Sequence record: MZ868638.1 | Source: Escherichia phage vB_EcoM-pEK20 | Reading direction: 5' to 3' (one strand) | DNA length: 64,000 nt | Part shown: positions 1 through 14,469 of the stretch, in pieces | Layout: the number at the start of each line of letters is the position of its first letter | How positions within the stretch are numbered: position 1 is the stretch's first letter | Notes under the pieces: model-generated | Databases searched by the model: none | The model's input: only the letters and a program-made list of their open reading frames with translations | Told to the model about the DNA's origin: nothing | Translations under genes and position numbers: made by a program

Positions 1-251
1 TCAGCCAATTTTTTATCAGCTTTCTCTTCAGCATCTTCTTTAGCCTTTTCAACTTCTTCTTCGGCTTTTTCGGCGATGGCTTTGATATGAGATTCAGCCA
101 GTTTGACTGCTTCCTGCTTAACGGTGGCTTCGAATACAGTGCTGAAATTAGCTTTAACGTCCGGAGACAGTTCTACTGATTCGAAAACACTATTAAGAGC
201 AACTGAAGTCTCGATGTTCTGAGCTTCTTTCAAAAGTTGTTCTTTGATCAT
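1..251 (-). CDS. 22: prohead core protein gp22, N-terminal part only (gene runs off the window start)
   Basis: Minus-strand ATG at 251-249; translation MIKEQLLKEAQNIETSVALNSVFES... is Glu/Ala/Lys-rich like T4 gp22 N-terminus; sits downstream of gene 21 as in T4. Absent from the ORF track because it is truncated. Confidence 0.8.
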   Translation of the reverse strand, partial: MIKEQLLKEAQNIETSVALNSVFESVELSPDVKANFSTVFEATVKQEAVKLAESHIKAIAEKAEEEVEKAKEDAEEKADKKLA

Positions 252-284
252 TTTAGTGTCCTGTGGTTTAGATTACATTATTAT

Positions 285-932
285 TTATAATGCTTTTAAA
301 CTCTCTGCGAGAGCTTTAAATGCTTCATCAGCACTGTTTTTGGTGGTTTCCACCGAATTTTCTGATTCTGATTCTGATATTTGTTTAGGAGTAACCCAAG
401 CATCTGGAGCAGAAGGTCCCCATACGGCATCTACGCCGACGGTTAATTTAAATCCTTCGTTCACGATACGGTACCCTTTATTGGTGTCGGTTAAAGAACC
501 AAGACCACGAGAGGAAACACCTGGAATCCAACCAGCTCGTATATTAGCAGCTAATTTATCGCCGGGACCATGGTCGCCTTCAATAATTCTAGCACGTCCA
601 TATACATCGTTTCCTTTCCACCACATATCTTCAATAATGATAGCGGCTTGCATAGGGTCAACATTTGCACGAGGTGGATGGTTTAATTCTCCAAGGGCTT
701 GTTTGGTTGCGACTTGTTCTTTAATATAGTCACTTACTGCTTTTTCCAAAACGCGTTTAGGATATAAACGTTTATTTCGGTTAACAACCTCTGCCTGAAG
801 AAAAATACCTTCTATATAAAGCCCTGGTTTTAAGCCAGAATCTTTTCCATCATGAGATTCCAACATTGGAACGCCATCAATAATCTCACCGGGTTGACCC
901 CAAGTTTCAATAAGTAACTCGGGTTTATTCAT
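285..932 (-). CDS. 21: prohead core scaffold protein and protease gp21
   Basis: 215 aa, [29 protein letters not shown]...; near-identical to remembered T4 gp21; T4 gene order. Confidence 0.92.
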   Translation of the reverse strand: MNKPELLIETWGQPGEIIDGVPMLESHDGKDSGLKPGLYIEGIFLQAEVVNRNKRLYPKRVLEKAVSDYIKEQVATKQALGELNHPPRANVDPMQAAIIIEDMWWKGNDVYGRARIIEGDHGPGDKLAANIRAGWIPGVSSRGLGSLTDTNKGYRIVNEGFKLTVGVDAVWGPSAPDAWVTPKQISESESENSVETTKNSADEAFKALAESLKAL

Positions 933-1357
933 TAGCTTAATCCTAATGCTTTACGACGTTTAAGAGCCTTTTTACGCTTACGCAAGCCTTTAACTTGGCC
1001 TGAAGGGTTAGCTTTTTTAGCTTTAACGACCTTACGAGCGATTTGTCTACGTTTTGCTTTAGAAAGACCAGTTGTTTGGAACGCGTTACGTTCACGAGTT
1101 TTACGGTCTTTAGTGCGGGTGACTTCACCACGAGAAGAAACATGTTTAACGATAAACTCATTTAACTGTTCTTCATTAATAATGGAAGCCATTGCAACAG
1201 CTAAATCTGTTTCAGTTTCAAGCATGTTCTCGATAATAGTATTTATATCGTCAATATCGAGAGCAGAAGACAATGCATCGATTCGGCCCTGTGCTTCAGG
1301 AATAAGTGCTTCGACATTTTCGAGTACCAATTCATAAGATTCAGGGATAAGATACAT
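932..1357 (-). CDS. 68: prohead core protein gp68
   Basis: 141 aa, same length as T4 gp68; basic C-terminus; position between 67 and 21. Confidence 0.85.
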   Translation of the reverse strand: MYLIPESYELVLENVEALIPEAQGRIDALSSALDIDDINTIIENMLETETDLAVAMASIINEEQLNEFIVKHVSSRGEVTRTKDRKTRERNAFQTTGLSKAKRRQIARKVVKAKKANPSGQVKGLRKRKKALKRRKALGLS

Positions 1358-1587
1358 TATTCATCGTCCTCATCATCTTCGTCTTCGTCGTCATCGCCTT
1401 CATCAGCGTCGTCTTCCGAAGCTTTCTTTTCTTCTTCAGGTTCTTCGCCTTCAATCAAAAATTGAGAAGCGATTTCTGCTTTGCGTGCTTCAATCAAACG
1501 AACCGTTTTTTCTGCCATTGCACTTTCAAAAAACTTTCGAGTAGCAACGAGGTCGTTTGATTTAATAGCTTGAATTAAATCGTCCAT
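1357..1587 (-). CDS. 67: prohead core protein gp67
   Basis: 76 aa with acidic C-terminal tail ([18 protein letters not shown]); position between 20 and 68. Confidence 0.85.
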   Translation of the reverse strand: MDDLIQAIKSNDLVATRKFFESAMAEKTVRLIEARKAEIASQFLIEGEEPEEEKKASEDDADEGDDDEDEDDEDDE

Positions 1588-3158
1588 TAAAAATCCTCTT
1601 GTTCTTGGTCGGGGTCTTGGAAACGAGCCTCTTTCGACTCTTCTTCAATTTGCTTAGCCTCTTGTTCAATTTCCTCGTCAGACATCTGAAGAATATCTTT
1701 CATAGCTGTTCTGTGAGAAATATATTTACCAATAAATGGTTCGGCCATCTGAAGCATATTAATGCGACGCTCCAGAATCTCAGCATCCTTTAATTCCGAG
1801 AAATAACTATCCCGATGAAATTTTATCTTAATATTATTTATTTCATCATTCCACTCATCTTCTGTAATAATTCCTTTAAGAATTAAATTAGTTTTAAGCG
1901 GGTCTAGGAATATCTCTTCAAATTTATGTTGCAGCTCACGAATAAATTTACCAAATGACAATTCATCTCGTGTAATAGAAGTACCAGCATCAAACTGTAT
2001 ACCACCTTGGTCACTTGGAATACGGGTAATAGGAATACGTAAAGCCATATAAAGCGCATTACGGAACCAACGTACATCTTCCATATTTCCAGTATTATCT
2101 GCACCGGGTAATGTGTCAACTTCTGTTACTGCTTTACCATCACGTCGTTGTAACCAATAATCTTCGGTCATCGACATAATATGCTGCTGGTTTTTAATCT
2201 TGCCTGTAGTAGCATCATATGCAATACGGTTTTTCATCGTATTCATAACATGTTGCATATGTTCTGCTGCTTTTCTTGAAGGCATATTACCTGTATCAAC
2301 GTACCATACACGACGATCTGGAGCACGAGTAATACGATAAATTACAACGGCATCTTCAAGAAGTTTTAATTGGTTCGCCGGCTTAATAGCCCGATGCAAA
2401 TAACCAATGATATTTTTACCACAACAATCAACTAAACCAGAATGGGCATAAACAATCGCGGCTTTAGGGATTTTTATTTTTGTGCCAGCTTCATATATGC
2501 GACCATCACAAGCATAAGATTCGTGTGATGTGTCATAAATGAAATATTCTTTATAACCCTTGACTATTTTAACACCGGCTTCAGTGGTTGTAATAACTTC
2601 ACGGACATATTGAACTTGGCGTGGGTCTAAACGACGAAGCTCTTTAATACCTTCTTTAGGGCGTTTAGGGTCAATAATTTTATGGAAGAAAATTCGAGAA
2701 TCTACGTACCAACGTCTAAAATGGTCTGAACCTTTACGTTGGAAAGATAAATGATTTAACACTTCGTTAAATTCATCCAACATCATTGATTTGATATTTG
2801 GACTAAATTTTGTGTTGTCTAAATTTATAGAAACGACTTCTGTATCATCTTCATATACGATAGCATCGGAAACTATTTCAGAGACCGCGTTATCCACTTC
2901 ATAGTTCGTCATCAAATTTCGATACGTATCGATTAATTCACGGGTTGATTTGAGCCCTGGTTCTTGACTACCGAACATTCTCTGAAACATAGCATTATAT
3001 GTTTGCTGTGCTTCATTTTCAGATACTTCGTATTCTTTAGCGCCGTCGTCTAATTTTGGTGTGGTGATAGATTCTAAATTTTCTTTTTCTTGGTCTTTGT
3101 AATCACGTTCGTCCATTTTTGCCCATGGAGCAAACAAACTTAAGATATTAAATTTCAT
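1587..3158 (-). CDS. 20: portal vertex protein gp20
   Basis: 523 aa; matches remembered T4 gp20 in length and sequence; follows a late promoter. Confidence 0.93.
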   Translation of the reverse strand: MKFNILSLFAPWAKMDERDYKDQEKENLESITTPKLDDGAKEYEVSENEAQQTYNAMFQRMFGSQEPGLKSTRELIDTYRNLMTNYEVDNAVSEIVSDAIVYEDDTEVVSINLDNTKFSPNIKSMMLDEFNEVLNHLSFQRKGSDHFRRWYVDSRIFFHKIIDPKRPKEGIKELRRLDPRQVQYVREVITTTEAGVKIVKGYKEYFIYDTSHESYACDGRIYEAGTKIKIPKAAIVYAHSGLVDCCGKNIIGYLHRAIKPANQLKLLEDAVVIYRITRAPDRRVWYVDTGNMPSRKAAEHMQHVMNTMKNRIAYDATTGKIKNQQHIMSMTEDYWLQRRDGKAVTEVDTLPGADNTGNMEDVRWFRNALYMALRIPITRIPSDQGGIQFDAGTSITRDELSFGKFIRELQHKFEEIFLDPLKTNLILKGIITEDEWNDEINNIKIKFHRDSYFSELKDAEILERRINMLQMAEPFIGKYISHRTAMKDILQMSDEEIEQEAKQIEEESKEARFQDPDQEQEDF

Positions 3159-3186
3159 TGTATTCTCCGAATGGGAATTATAGTTA

Positions 3187-3194
3187 TATTTATA
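3187..3194 (-). promoter_or_regulatory. late promoter TATAAATA upstream of gene 20
   Basis: Plus strand reads tatttata (reverse complement TATAAATA), about 30 nt upstream of the gene 20 start. Confidence 0.75.
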
Positions 3195-3242
3195 TGGACT
3201 TCTCCGTCATCACGGGAAGCTGGGGATTTCTCCCCAACCAGA

Positions 3243-3734
3243 TTATTCCCACCAATCAAGAGCAAGAGTTACTTCGAACGTTTCAATCTCGTTATTAGAA
3301 TCCCAATCAAGAGATACTTCACCAACGTTAGTAGGCCACAAGCCGACAATTTCAACTTCTTTAGTGACCGTTTTAGCATCACGAGCAAATTGACGAACGA
3401 TAGCAGACTTTTTATATTCAGCAGGTTTGCCACCGGTAATTTCATTACCTTGTCCTGCTGCAATACCTTGCCAATCAACAAATTTCTGACGAATGCTATG
3501 AGCATCATCGTTCATTACTGTAATAGTCCAATCATCGAATGTACGATCACCAGCCACGTTAATTTTACGGTTCATATAAGAAACAGGAACCTTTTCAACT
3601 ATCGCAGCAGGAAGAGCCGTAGCACGACACTGGAAGCTAAAGTTTTGCCCAAGATAAGAGATTTCTACTTCGAACAGGTTAGGGCGAGCGAAATCACCAG
3701 ATTCGAAGGCACGAGTTACGTCATCTACAAACAT
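3243..3734 (-). CDS. 19: tail tube protein gp19
   Basis: 163 aa, MFVDDVTRAFESGDFARPNLF...LALDWWE; near-identical to T4 gp19. Confidence 0.95.
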   Translation of the reverse strand: MFVDDVTRAFESGDFARPNLFEVEISYLGQNFSFQCRATALPAAIVEKVPVSYMNRKINVAGDRTFDDWTITVMNDDAHSIRQKFVDWQGIAAGQGNEITGGKPAEYKKSAIVRQFARDAKTVTKEVEIVGLWPTNVGEVSLDWDSNNEIETFEVTLALDWWE

Positions 3735-3806
3735 ATTAGCCTCTGTAGTAATATGGGCCTAGGATTAACCGGATGCCCATAGAATTAATTTTTAAACGAT
3801 ATAGTA

Positions 3807-3814
3807 TATTTATA
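3807..3814 (-). promoter_or_regulatory. late promoter TATAAATA upstream of gene 19
   Basis: Exact TATAAATA on the minus strand in the 18-19 intergenic region. Confidence 0.7.
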
Positions 3815-3815
3815 T

Positions 3816-3833
3816 GGGCTACCGAAATAGCCC
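3816..3833 (-). terminator. stem-loop downstream of gene 18 (GGGCUA-UUUCGG-UAGCCC)
   Basis: 6-bp perfect inverted repeat immediately after the gene 18 stop; followed by A/U-rich sequence rather than a clean U-run. Confidence 0.45.
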
Positions 3834-3846
3834 ATCAGGCGTCTTA

Positions 3847-5829
3847 TTAACCACCTACAGCACCAATTAGTTCGTCGAAATCGGCACCAGTTGCTGTTGC
3901 TACAAAGTTCAATGTAATATAATTTATCGAGCGGGCAGGTTGTAAGTAGAAAGTAGCTACAAATTCATTACGGTCGATAACTGCTGGGGTGTTATTGGTA
4001 GTATCACAAACAACTTTAAAGTTATATACACCACCAAGAGCTTTAATACCCTGTAGATATTGAGAAGTCTCTGTACGGAAAGAAGAACGGGTAAATGCGT
4101 TGTTCAATTCAAACAGGCGATATTTAGATGCTGAACCAATGTTCGTTTTAACCATATTGAACAAACGACGAACGTTAATACGGTCAAATGGTGAAGGAAC
4201 AGAAGTGGCAGTTTTATCACCGTACAGAACATACCCATCACCACCGGTACCAGTGACAGGGTTAATAGCTTCCTGATACAAACGATCACGCTGCGCTTGA
4301 CGAGTTTCAATTGCAAGCTTAATAACGTTAAGAATTTGTCCACGGTTATAACCGGCAGGAGACATCCAAGGCTGAGAAATATTGTCTGTACGAGCACAAA
4401 GTCCAGCAATATCAGCAGCTAACGGAACCCAACGATTCACATCATTATATTTGTCATATTGATATTTATAGTTACCGTCAATAGCCGCGTAAGTAGAACT
4501 TACATTAAAGTTATTATCAGTGTAAGTTCCTGATGCAGTACGCCAATCAACCAGATTATCAACTGCACGATTAACAGGAATACCGACTATAGTTGCACGT
4601 GGTGGTGAGCAAAGAACCAAGCAATCTTGACGAGAATCACCAATTGCTACAACATGTTTCTGAACTGTAGAAGCAACTTCTAAAGATTCACCTGCACAAG
4701 AACCGGCAATAAACAACTGCGCATTAACAGATTCGCGGTCAGCAAACAAATCCCAAGCTTCCATTAAATCACCAGCGTCAACCGTTTCATTAGATGATAA
4801 GCCACCACCCAGTTTGATTACGCCAGAGAAACCTTTTGGCCAACCTTGTGCAGTAGCGAAAATATAATTGCTTGCGCCTTTAGCAAAGAAATCATCAATA
4901 AAGATATTACTACCATAAATATCGCGTTCACCGCGTTTAGTAGAAAGAACTACACTCTGGACTACAGCATCGTTACGACGAACGATAATTGCATATTGGT
5001 CATCAGTTTGTGGGCCATACCCAAATATTGCTTTAGCAGTAGATGCGCGAGTACCACCATCAGGATAAATTTTTAACTGGGCTGAAGCACCTTTGTCGTA
5101 GTCTGCTTTAGATACGATTTCAATTTCGAGCTGGTCGCCAAGTTCACCAGGATAAAGAGCAACTACGCCTGGGACGCCATATTTTTTAATAGATTCTTGG
5201 AAAGTTAGAGAAGTAATAGCTTCTTCAGAAGTTTCAACTTCAGTTAACAGAATACCGGAATCGGTTACGATAGAACCAATTGTAATAACGCCAGAAAGTC
5301 CAGAAGAAGAACTGGCAACTTCGGCGGTCCAGTTAGAACCCAATGCCGGATATTCATTAATTTCTTTTGCACGAGCAATAATTTTACCGGTTGGGATATA
5401 AATGTTAAGAATTTTACCATCGACATCAACTGAAGTGACATAACCATCTGCTTCAACAGTTTCGGTCAAATACTTAACGATAATTTTATCACCGACCGCA
5501 TAGTTACTACCAGCAGCAGAGATTGTGAATTCAATATTGCCTGCTACAGGAGATGAGTTCTTAGCAGTATCACGATCAACTGCGCGTACAACACGAAGGT
5601 CATTACCATATTGAAGGAAGTTCATAGCAGACATGAAATAATCTGCTGTATCCGTATTAGGAGTACCAAACATATCAACTAATGCAACTTCATCAGTGAT
5701 TTGTTTAATCTGGAATGCAGGTCCCCATTGGAATTTTCCAGCCAGGGCAGCAGTACCAGTGGAGTTATTAACTACAGTACTCTGTACGGTAGTTTCTTTG
5801 AGCTCAACGCCCGGAGAGAGAAGTGCCAT
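3847..5829 (-). CDS. 18: tail sheath protein gp18
   Basis: 660 aa, MALLSPGVELKETTVQSTVVNNSTGTAALAGKFQWGPAFQIK...; near-identical to T4 gp18. Confidence 0.95.
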   Translation of the reverse strand: MALLSPGVELKETTVQSTVVNNSTGTAALAGKFQWGPAFQIKQITDEVALVDMFGTPNTDTADYFMSAMNFLQYGNDLRVVRAVDRDTAKNSSPVAGNIEFTISAAGSNYAVGDKIIVKYLTETVEADGYVTSVDVDGKILNIYIPTGKIIARAKEINEYPALGSNWTAEVASSSSGLSGVITIGSIVTDSGILLTEVETSEEAITSLTFQESIKKYGVPGVVALYPGELGDQLEIEIVSKADYDKGASAQLKIYPDGGTRASTAKAIFGYGPQTDDQYAIIVRRNDAVVQSVVLSTKRGERDIYGSNIFIDDFFAKGASNYIFATAQGWPKGFSGVIKLGGGLSSNETVDAGDLMEAWDLFADRESVNAQLFIAGSCAGESLEVASTVQKHVVAIGDSRQDCLVLCSPPRATIVGIPVNRAVDNLVDWRTASGTYTDNNFNVSSTYAAIDGNYKYQYDKYNDVNRWVPLAADIAGLCARTDNISQPWMSPAGYNRGQILNVIKLAIETRQAQRDRLYQEAINPVTGTGGDGYVLYGDKTATSVPSPFDRINVRRLFNMVKTNIGSASKYRLFELNNAFTRSSFRTETSQYLQGIKALGGVYNFKVVCDTTNNTPAVIDRNEFVATFYLQPARSINYITLNFVATATGADFDELIGAVGG

Positions 5830-5856
5830 TTTAATTCCTCTTAATTTGCTTTATTT

Positions 5857-8182
<2,326 letters not shown>

Positions 8183-9007
8183 TTATTGTTTTCTAGGACC
8201 AGGAGGGGTTGGTGGAGTCGGGATTGGAATATCATGAGTATAAGTTTGTTCAACTTCACCATTCCAATCTTGTGCTTCAACGTCTCTCGGTTTAATTTCT
8301 GTATCAACTGATTCAAAAACACTGGCGGCAGTTTGAAGGTCTCGTTCATTAGCATGAAAATCAAGATAAGTCGTTTTAATAAGGCCTTCTGCTGCGCCTA
8401 CCGGAGGATACATCCATCCATTTACTTCAAATGTTAATGACCACTCTAAACGTCGACGGGATAAATTATCACCGTCTATTTGTTCATCCATTGCTGCTGC
8501 CATCCATACGACTTTAATATCCCTTTCAAATGGAATATCCTGCCCATATTGCTCAATCATAGTCGTATTAAAATGCGGCTGAAAATATGGAATAATTTGC
8601 TCAACGATTTGGAACATATCATCTTCATAACGAGTAAAGATGCTCAGTTCAAAAATCATTTTAATTGGTGATGGGTTGTATTGGTCTACAATATCCTTAG
8701 TCGATTTACTCAAAAGAGAGTTATTCAATATATTCGTTTTAAACGTTGGGTTATAAACGAAATCTACCATTTGGAGATTTATACGTGGTAGAATAGTTTC
8801 GACTTTAGCCACATCTTCTTGTGAGTTTATAGAGGTCCATTTATTAAGTTTCATCATAAAGTGCTCTTTAGATGCATACGTAATAGGAACTCTAATTAAT
8901 TTATTGCCTGTAGACAATTGACGGTTAACTTGGATATTTGAAAACAAATCGCCCATCATTGTGATATATCGCCTGAACGACGAGTTGTAAAAATAACCAA
9001 ACATCAT
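8183..9007 (-). CDS. 15: tail sheath stabilizer / tail completion protein gp15
   Basis: 274 aa; gene order between 14 and 16; matches T4 gp15 length. Confidence 0.88.
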   Translation of the reverse strand: MMFGYFYNSSFRRYITMMGDLFSNIQVNRQLSTGNKLIRVPITYASKEHFMMKLNKWTSINSQEDVAKVETILPRINLQMVDFVYNPTFKTNILNNSLLSKSTKDIVDQYNPSPIKMIFELSIFTRYEDDMFQIVEQIIPYFQPHFNTTMIEQYGQDIPFERDIKVVWMAAAMDEQIDGDNLSRRRLEWSLTFEVNGWMYPPVGAAEGLIKTTYLDFHANERDLQTAASVFESVDTEIKPRDVEAQDWNGEVEQTYTHDIPIPTPPTPPGPRKQ

Positions 9008-9056
9008 TTCTCCTAACCGGCCTTTCGACCGGTGTTTGCTTTATCTTATCTATTTA

Positions 9057-9821
9057 TTAATTCATAAACCCATCGTCAAATGGTGAATTTTGTCTACCAC
9101 GGTTGTTAACTACTACATACGGCTCAACGTATTCACTTGCCTCTGAATTGATTTGCTCAACTTCAGAATACTCATCGATATTAATGTCATGGATACCGTC
9201 AAGATTTCTAACAGGGTTAAGTTCCAAGTCACTAAATTCAGGTATATTGATACCTTCATTTTTCTGAAGCACCGGATTGATTTCTTCGCCAGAGTAAATA
9301 AACTTGCCTGCAGTAATTTTACGAATCGCATTTTTACCTACTTGATAGAATGGGTCATATGGTTCAACCCAGTTAATCTCAAACAAACTGTTGTCCATTG
9401 GGAAGTATATTAAATCACCTTCCTTGGGCTCCTGATTGTTGACCTGGTGTTTGAAAAGACCCGGGTTAATAGATAATGTAACTTCGTCTTGAACTTGCAT
9501 TCCGAAGTTGCTGAAGAACGATTTCGCTCCTTCATAACCTTCAAAAGAGTTCAGATATGCAGCAAATTTCCATGCTTTAGTAAATTTATTTTTAAGGTCC
9601 TCACCAAAGATAAGGTCCACGGCAACATATTCACGTGGAACATAAAAACATTCAATACCGCGCATCTGTATGCTTTCTGCCACTAGAACATCGGCTAATG
9701 TCTGACTATTCTCATAATTATTAAAATTGACAAATGGATTGAGGATTTCAGTCTCATTTGTCTGAGAATACCCACCACGATTTTCTAGTTTGGCGAAAAG
9801 ATTTTTATCATAAGTTGCCAT
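9057..9821 (-). CDS. 14: neck protein gp14
   Basis: 254 aa; T4 gene order. Confidence 0.88.
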   Translation of the reverse strand: MATYDKNLFAKLENRGGYSQTNETEILNPFVNFNNYENSQTLADVLVAESIQMRGIECFYVPREYVAVDLIFGEDLKNKFTKAWKFAAYLNSFEGYEGAKSFFSNFGMQVQDEVTLSINPGLFKHQVNNQEPKEGDLIYFPMDNSLFEINWVEPYDPFYQVGKNAIRKITAGKFIYSGEEINPVLQKNEGINIPEFSDLELNPVRNLDGIHDINIDEYSEVEQINSEASEYVEPYVVVNNRGRQNSPFDDGFMN

Positions 9822-9822
9822 A

Positions 9823-10749
9823 TTAACCTACCAAAATACCTGCAGGAGGGTCCAGTAAATATAACTCTTCTCGTAAAGCTTCTTTCTCTAAACGAGCTTC
9901 TTCAATTAATCGAACACCATCAACAGTGACGCCACCCGGTAACATCATACCTTGATGTTTAGCAAGAATTTGTCCATTAAGCTCTTTAGCTAATGCAGTT
10001 GCATAATCTTTAACCCAGCGGTTGTTATATGCGCCTTGTTTAGTTGCAGGATCTTCACCAACTCGACGTCCGACCAAATTATGGTCTGGATTATCATAAC
10101 GTTCAGAAATAGACCATGAATCACGAGGACCGACCTGACCGTACCCTACTGTATTTCCTACCATCTTATGGGTCTCGATATAAGAGCGAACATATGATTC
10201 AACGATAATGACATCTTTCTGTCTAAAGTTACCCATTACTTTTAATTGCTCGTTTGCAGAGTTAAACCAAAAATCTGGAAGAGGAGCAATCATATCTTGA
10301 AGCATACCCATATAAGATACTAATTGAGAATAATACCCGAGGTCAGCGCCAAAAGCGTTCGGGCCGTAGAATTTACCACAATTACTACCCATACCACCTG
10401 AAACACCGGCCATTCCTAAAAGGAAATCAGTGAACCATGGATAAGTTGCATTACCATCCATTGAAGTAATAGAGCCAACATTTGTTCTTATAATTCTTGT
10501 TACAGCAAATACGTTAGAACCACGCATATCAAATACGCCGTGACGGTATTTTTCTTCGTCATCAACAAAAAATACATGGAAACCTTTATTCAACCCGTCA
10601 AAATGGTATTCGCCATAAAGTTCTAACGCTCGTGAAATACAATCATAAATTTGGTCTGTAGTTAATTCAACATTTACAATAGGAGCGCCTAAACGACGTA
10701 ATATTACATCCTTTAATTCTTTAGGGTTTTGTGCATTATAACCTGACAT
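9823..10749 (-). CDS. 13: neck protein gp13
   Basis: 308 aa; T4 gene order and length. Confidence 0.88.
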   Translation of the reverse strand: MSGYNAQNPKELKDVILRRLGAPIVNVELTTDQIYDCISRALELYGEYHFDGLNKGFHVFFVDDEEKYRHGVFDMRGSNVFAVTRIIRTNVGSITSMDGNATYPWFTDFLLGMAGVSGGMGSNCGKFYGPNAFGADLGYYSQLVSYMGMLQDMIAPLPDFWFNSANEQLKVMGNFRQKDVIIVESYVRSYIETHKMVGNTVGYGQVGPRDSWSISERYDNPDHNLVGRRVGEDPATKQGAYNNRWVKDYATALAKELNGQILAKHQGMMLPGGVTVDGVRLIEEARLEKEALREELYLLDPPAGILVG

Positions 10750-10761
10750 ATAAATCCTTTA

Positions 10762-10775
10762 GGGCCCGAAGGCCC
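10762..10775 (-). other. UUCG-tetraloop stem-loop (GGGCC-UUCG-GGCCC) between wac and gene 13
   Basis: Perfect 5-bp GC stem with UUCG loop on the minus-strand transcript, directly 5' of the gene 13 ribosome binding site; no U-tract follows. Confidence 0.55.
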
Positions 10776-10781
10776 TTTTCA

Positions 10782-12230
10782 TTAAGCTGTAGGAAGTTCA
10801 ACCCATGCACCATCTTTGCGAACATAGAATTTACCGTCTGAAGGAGCATCTTCAATATATCCAGCGTCCTTAAGAGTTTGGATTTCAGCTTCTGCAGCGG
10901 CCAAATCAGTTTCAAGAGTAGCAATTCTAGAAGTTAAACCATTAATTGTCGTATCATGACTTTTAACTGTAGGCAATATACCGCGTTCTTCAACAGTCGA
11001 ACCATTTGGGTTGGTGCCATTTATAAGAGTATTTAATGTGTTTACAGAACCCTTAATTCCTGTGGAATTAGTCCCAACATCAGTTTGAATGTTCTGAATG
11101 TCATTACTCATCCCACTGATAGTTCCTTCAAGCTCTCGAGTACGATAAAGCAAAGAGCCGTCTGGTTCCGGTTTCCCACCTGAAGCGTCAACACCAACTA
11201 CGTTATTTAACCATGACACATTAAAACGCAATCCTGACGAAGAATCAGAGCCGACAACAGTATTCAATGCTCCGATAGCATCAGTATTGAGTTTAATACG
11301 TCCTTGGATTGTAGTAGGCAAATCATCGGCGCCAATGGCAGTTTCTACTGTAGTCAAACGAGGTTTAATACCACCAGATTGATTGAGCTCAAGATTAATG
11401 TCGTTTATTGCTGAACTATTCGCATTAGTTGTAGTAATAATAGAAGTCGTATTAGGATACCCAATAGACTGTTTAATGCCATCCAAGTCAGCATTTTGAC
11501 GCGACAAAGTTAAATCAATACCGGAAAGACGACTAAACACTGGAGTAGTGAAAGAAGTGCGAGGCCCCATTTCTTCGCGCAAGTGTTCAACTTCAACAGT
11601 TAAAGAGCCGACGTCAGAATCAGCAAATTTAGTTTCCAAATCAGTTAATCGAACACCGTGGTCAACAATTACGGAGCTATTAGTCATAATACGGCGTTTC
11701 ATACCAGTGCTATCATTTCCTGGAGTAGGAACCCCATTAATATCTTGACCGGTATATTGTCCTAATTCATTTTTAATCCAAAGCAGGTCGTTACGAACCG
11801 TTCTATAAACTGAATCTGTTTCCTGATTATAAACACCAATATCGTCAGTATTCGCATCAATATGTTCATTCAAATCATTCAATTCACTGGCATGGGTTTG
11901 AACTGTGACTTTAATGACATCGATATCTTGGGTGTTCTGGCCTATCTGTGCAAGAGCATCAACATCCCCAGAAACATCTAAAATACCTTGAATAGCTTTG
12001 ATATCTTCATTGGCCGTATTCAAAGAAGATGCTATAGTTTTAATATTAACATCTAACGCTTCTACGTTACGTTGAACTTCAACAATAGGACGGTTCATTA
12101 CACCTTCAGAACCGTATTTTGTGTCAGCACCTGTTATTTCTTCATCGTTTTTAATCCATTCAATACGACTCTGACCCGCGTCTGGTGGGCCGTCAACATA
12201 TGGTAAATCTACCAGAGTTATATCAGTCAT
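10782..12230 (-). CDS. wac: fibritin (whisker antigen control, neck whiskers)
   Basis: 482 aa; coiled-coil heptads; C-terminal foldon GYIEDAPSDGKFYVRKDGAWVELPTA. Confidence 0.93.
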   Translation of the reverse strand: MTDITLVDLPYVDGPPDAGQSRIEWIKNDEEITGADTKYGSEGVMNRPIVEVQRNVEALDVNIKTIASSLNTANEDIKAIQGILDVSGDVDALAQIGQNTQDIDVIKVTVQTHASELNDLNEHIDANTDDIGVYNQETDSVYRTVRNDLLWIKNELGQYTGQDINGVPTPGNDSTGMKRRIMTNSSVIVDHGVRLTDLETKFADSDVGSLTVEVEHLREEMGPRTSFTTPVFSRLSGIDLTLSRQNADLDGIKQSIGYPNTTSIITTTNANSSAINDINLELNQSGGIKPRLTTVETAIGADDLPTTIQGRIKLNTDAIGALNTVVGSDSSSGLRFNVSWLNNVVGVDASGGKPEPDGSLLYRTRELEGTISGMSNDIQNIQTDVGTNSTGIKGSVNTLNTLINGTNPNGSTVEERGILPTVKSHDTTINGLTSRIATLETDLAAAEAEIQTLKDAGYIEDAPSDGKFYVRKDGAWVELPTA

Positions 12231-13813
12231 TATTTTACCTTAATGATATAGTTTAAAGAAATATTCCATGGGCGAGTTTCATTTCCAATTAATTCTGGAC
12301 GATTCAGGGTATATTTAGAGTTACGCTGAGACGCTGGATCAATTTCATATCCATCGTTAGTAAAATACGAACGGTTATCCCAGTCAAGTCCTTTACGAGT
12401 ACCAACAAAGTTTGAACGACGAGTATTACCGAATGCTCCTGCATCGTCATGTTCACCAAAACCGCCAGCATGCTTATGATATGACATCTGTTGTTTTTGC
12501 ACCTCACCAACATATCCACCGGTACAACCTACCGCCAGACGAGGCTTACCGAATTGGTCATTACCATTAACATTAGGGTTAGTTAAATGGTTACCACGAC
12601 CTGAGCCGCGAACAAATAATCCACGCATATCGGGCAAGCCTGGGTTAGAAGAACTACCACCATATCGTGTCCCAATTCTGGAAGCATATACCGGACATTC
12701 TGAAGCAGAAACGGTCCCACCGTGACAGAAACGCCAGTCCGAACTCGGCAAACTATCTGCAGCCCACATTGTAATAGCGCCAACTGGAAGAATTCGGTCT
12801 AATTCATTTTGAGTCACAATACGATTGCCTTGAATATAACCACCGGTCATATTGACATTACCCGTTATATTAGCACCACCAGAACCAACCGTCAACGTAT
12901 TATTAATGCGAAGAGTGCCATTAATAGTTTGACCGCCTCGTTGGTGGATAACATCAGCATTCCAAGCAAGGGCAGAAGAACCATCACCACCTGATTGGCT
13001 ACCCGCTTGTGTAGTTAAACGAACAACTCCACGTAAAGAAGTTGTAGCCCCACGCCCGTTTAATGTTGCGCCGGTCACTACAACTGAAGAGTTGTTACTA
13101 TTTACTTCAGTCTGTGTCCCTAGTTTAACGACACCTTTATTAGTTTCTGATGCTACTGAATTCATAAAGGTATAAGGTGAAATTGCATAGCCTTCACGCA
13201 GGGTGCCTTGTTGTGCTTGTGCAACTGTAGCTAAACGAACAACACCTGTAATAGATTCGGTGGCGTCACTATTATTTGGAGCAATTTGCGAAATAAGTTT
13301 AATTGCTAATTGTTGCGTTTTTAACGGAGTCATTGCCGTTGTATCGTCAGAACCAGCTAATGCCGCAGCAGAAGTTGAAATTTTAATTACACCATTTGTT
13401 GCTTCTGTTGATACTTTTGTCTGGAATACATTGTCTATTTTTTGATTCAATTTAAGCGGAGTAATTGATGCATCGTCAATAGCTCCGGCTACTGCTTCAT
13501 CTTCAGTAGCATAACGAGTTAAACCATATTGAGTTTCGGTTGCATTAGGATATTGTAGACGAGCATTCAGTGATGCCGGAGTAACAGCTTTACTATTATC
13601 TAATCCATCAATAACTTCTTGTGGAGTGGCTATTTGAATAATTCCAGGTGTAGTAGTTGTTGCTTCCGGTACGCCATTAACACCTGAAGGAGAAATAGCA
13701 GCTAATGCGGCTTGGACATTAGTGACTGTATCTGGAAAATTCGACCCAGTAGGGTCGAATTCAACGTAAATAGATTCATTTGAAACGTGTTGGTATGTAT
13801 TGTTATTACTCAT
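12230..13813 (-). CDS. 12: short tail fiber protein gp12
   Basis: 527 aa, [27 protein letters not shown]...[11 protein letters not shown]; near-identical to T4 gp12. Confidence 0.95.
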   Translation of the reverse strand: MSNNNTYQHVSNESIYVEFDPTGSNFPDTVTNVQAALAAISPSGVNGVPEATTTTPGIIQIATPQEVIDGLDNSKAVTPASLNARLQYPNATETQYGLTRYATEDEAVAGAIDDASITPLKLNQKIDNVFQTKVSTEATNGVIKISTSAAALAGSDDTTAMTPLKTQQLAIKLISQIAPNNSDATESITGVVRLATVAQAQQGTLREGYAISPYTFMNSVASETNKGVVKLGTQTEVNSNNSSVVVTGATLNGRGATTSLRGVVRLTTQAGSQSGGDGSSALAWNADVIHQRGGQTINGTLRINNTLTVGSGGANITGNVNMTGGYIQGNRIVTQNELDRILPVGAITMWAADSLPSSDWRFCHGGTVSASECPVYASRIGTRYGGSSSNPGLPDMRGLFVRGSGRGNHLTNPNVNGNDQFGKPRLAVGCTGGYVGEVQKQQMSYHKHAGGFGEHDDAGAFGNTRRSNFVGTRKGLDWDNRSYFTNDGYEIDPASQRNSKYTLNRPELIGNETRPWNISLNYIIKVK

Positions 13814-14469
13814 GAGGCTCTCACAAAGTGGTAGAAAACGGTAGGAGTATCATGGTTATCAAGAGTAACCGTTTGGGCACCTAATAAATTCCATGTTCCG
13901 TATCCGGATTTTGCTTCAGACAAAATTTCTTGCGAAATTGTTACACCAAACGAAGCATATGTTGGCAACACATGACGTTGGTTATCTAAATATGTCACCT
14001 GAAGTTTATTACCTTCGGATGGATGGTCTTTATAAGAAGAAATAGCGATTTGATTAGCAATGGCTTCTTGTAAAGCTATACGAACTTGTGCCGTTAATTC
14101 GTTATCAGTCATACCGATTGTTGCTTTAACAGCAAGTCCAAATACGTTAATAACGACTGGCGTTCCAGTGGTCAAAGTATCGTCGAGAACATCACCAGAA
14201 AAAGTCCAATAATCAACTTGTGCTGTACCTTCAGGCGATACGCCTGAAGTGTTTGTGACAACAGTACCAATATCAGCTCGTGCCATATTATGGACATCAT
14301 TTATTGCAGATTCTACGTTAGCATCATAAAAACCGCGAGCTAACTGAGAAATAGTCACGGAACCTACAGCTTGGTTGTTTAAAACATCAATTTGAGCTGG
14401 ATTTTTTCTGTAATTCAAAAAATCAGCATGACGGGAAATAACTCCCGCCTTTGTATTAAGTACAGTCAT
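13810..14469 (-). CDS. 11: baseplate wedge subunit and tail pin gp11
   Basis: Start set at [12 protein letters not shown] (ATG sharing a base with the gene 10 stop, TAATG); 219 aa as in T4 gp11. Confidence 0.9.
   Translation of the reverse strand: MTVLNTKAGVISRHADFLNYRKNPAQIDVLNNQAVGSVTISQLARGFYDANVESAINDVHNMARADIGTVVTNTSGVSPEGTAQVDYWTFSGDVLDDTLTTGTPVVINVFGLAVKATIGMTDNELTAQVRIALQEAIANQIAISSYKDHPSEGNKLQVTYLDNQRHVLPTYASFGVTISQEILSEAKSGYGTWNLLGAQTVTLDNHDTPTVFYHFVRAS

Noticed and set aside
244-729. 161-aa plus-strand ORF overlapping gene 21
   Set aside because: Lies entirely antisense to a well-supported structural gene and has low-complexity composition; a shadow ORF. The same reasoning applies to the other opposite-strand ORFs inside structural genes (for example 3171-3782, 24258-24578, 24715-25047).
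9041-9056. Late promoter upstream of gene 15
   Set aside because: Minus-strand sequence is TAATAAATAG, one mismatch from TATAAATA; not listed as a confident promoter.
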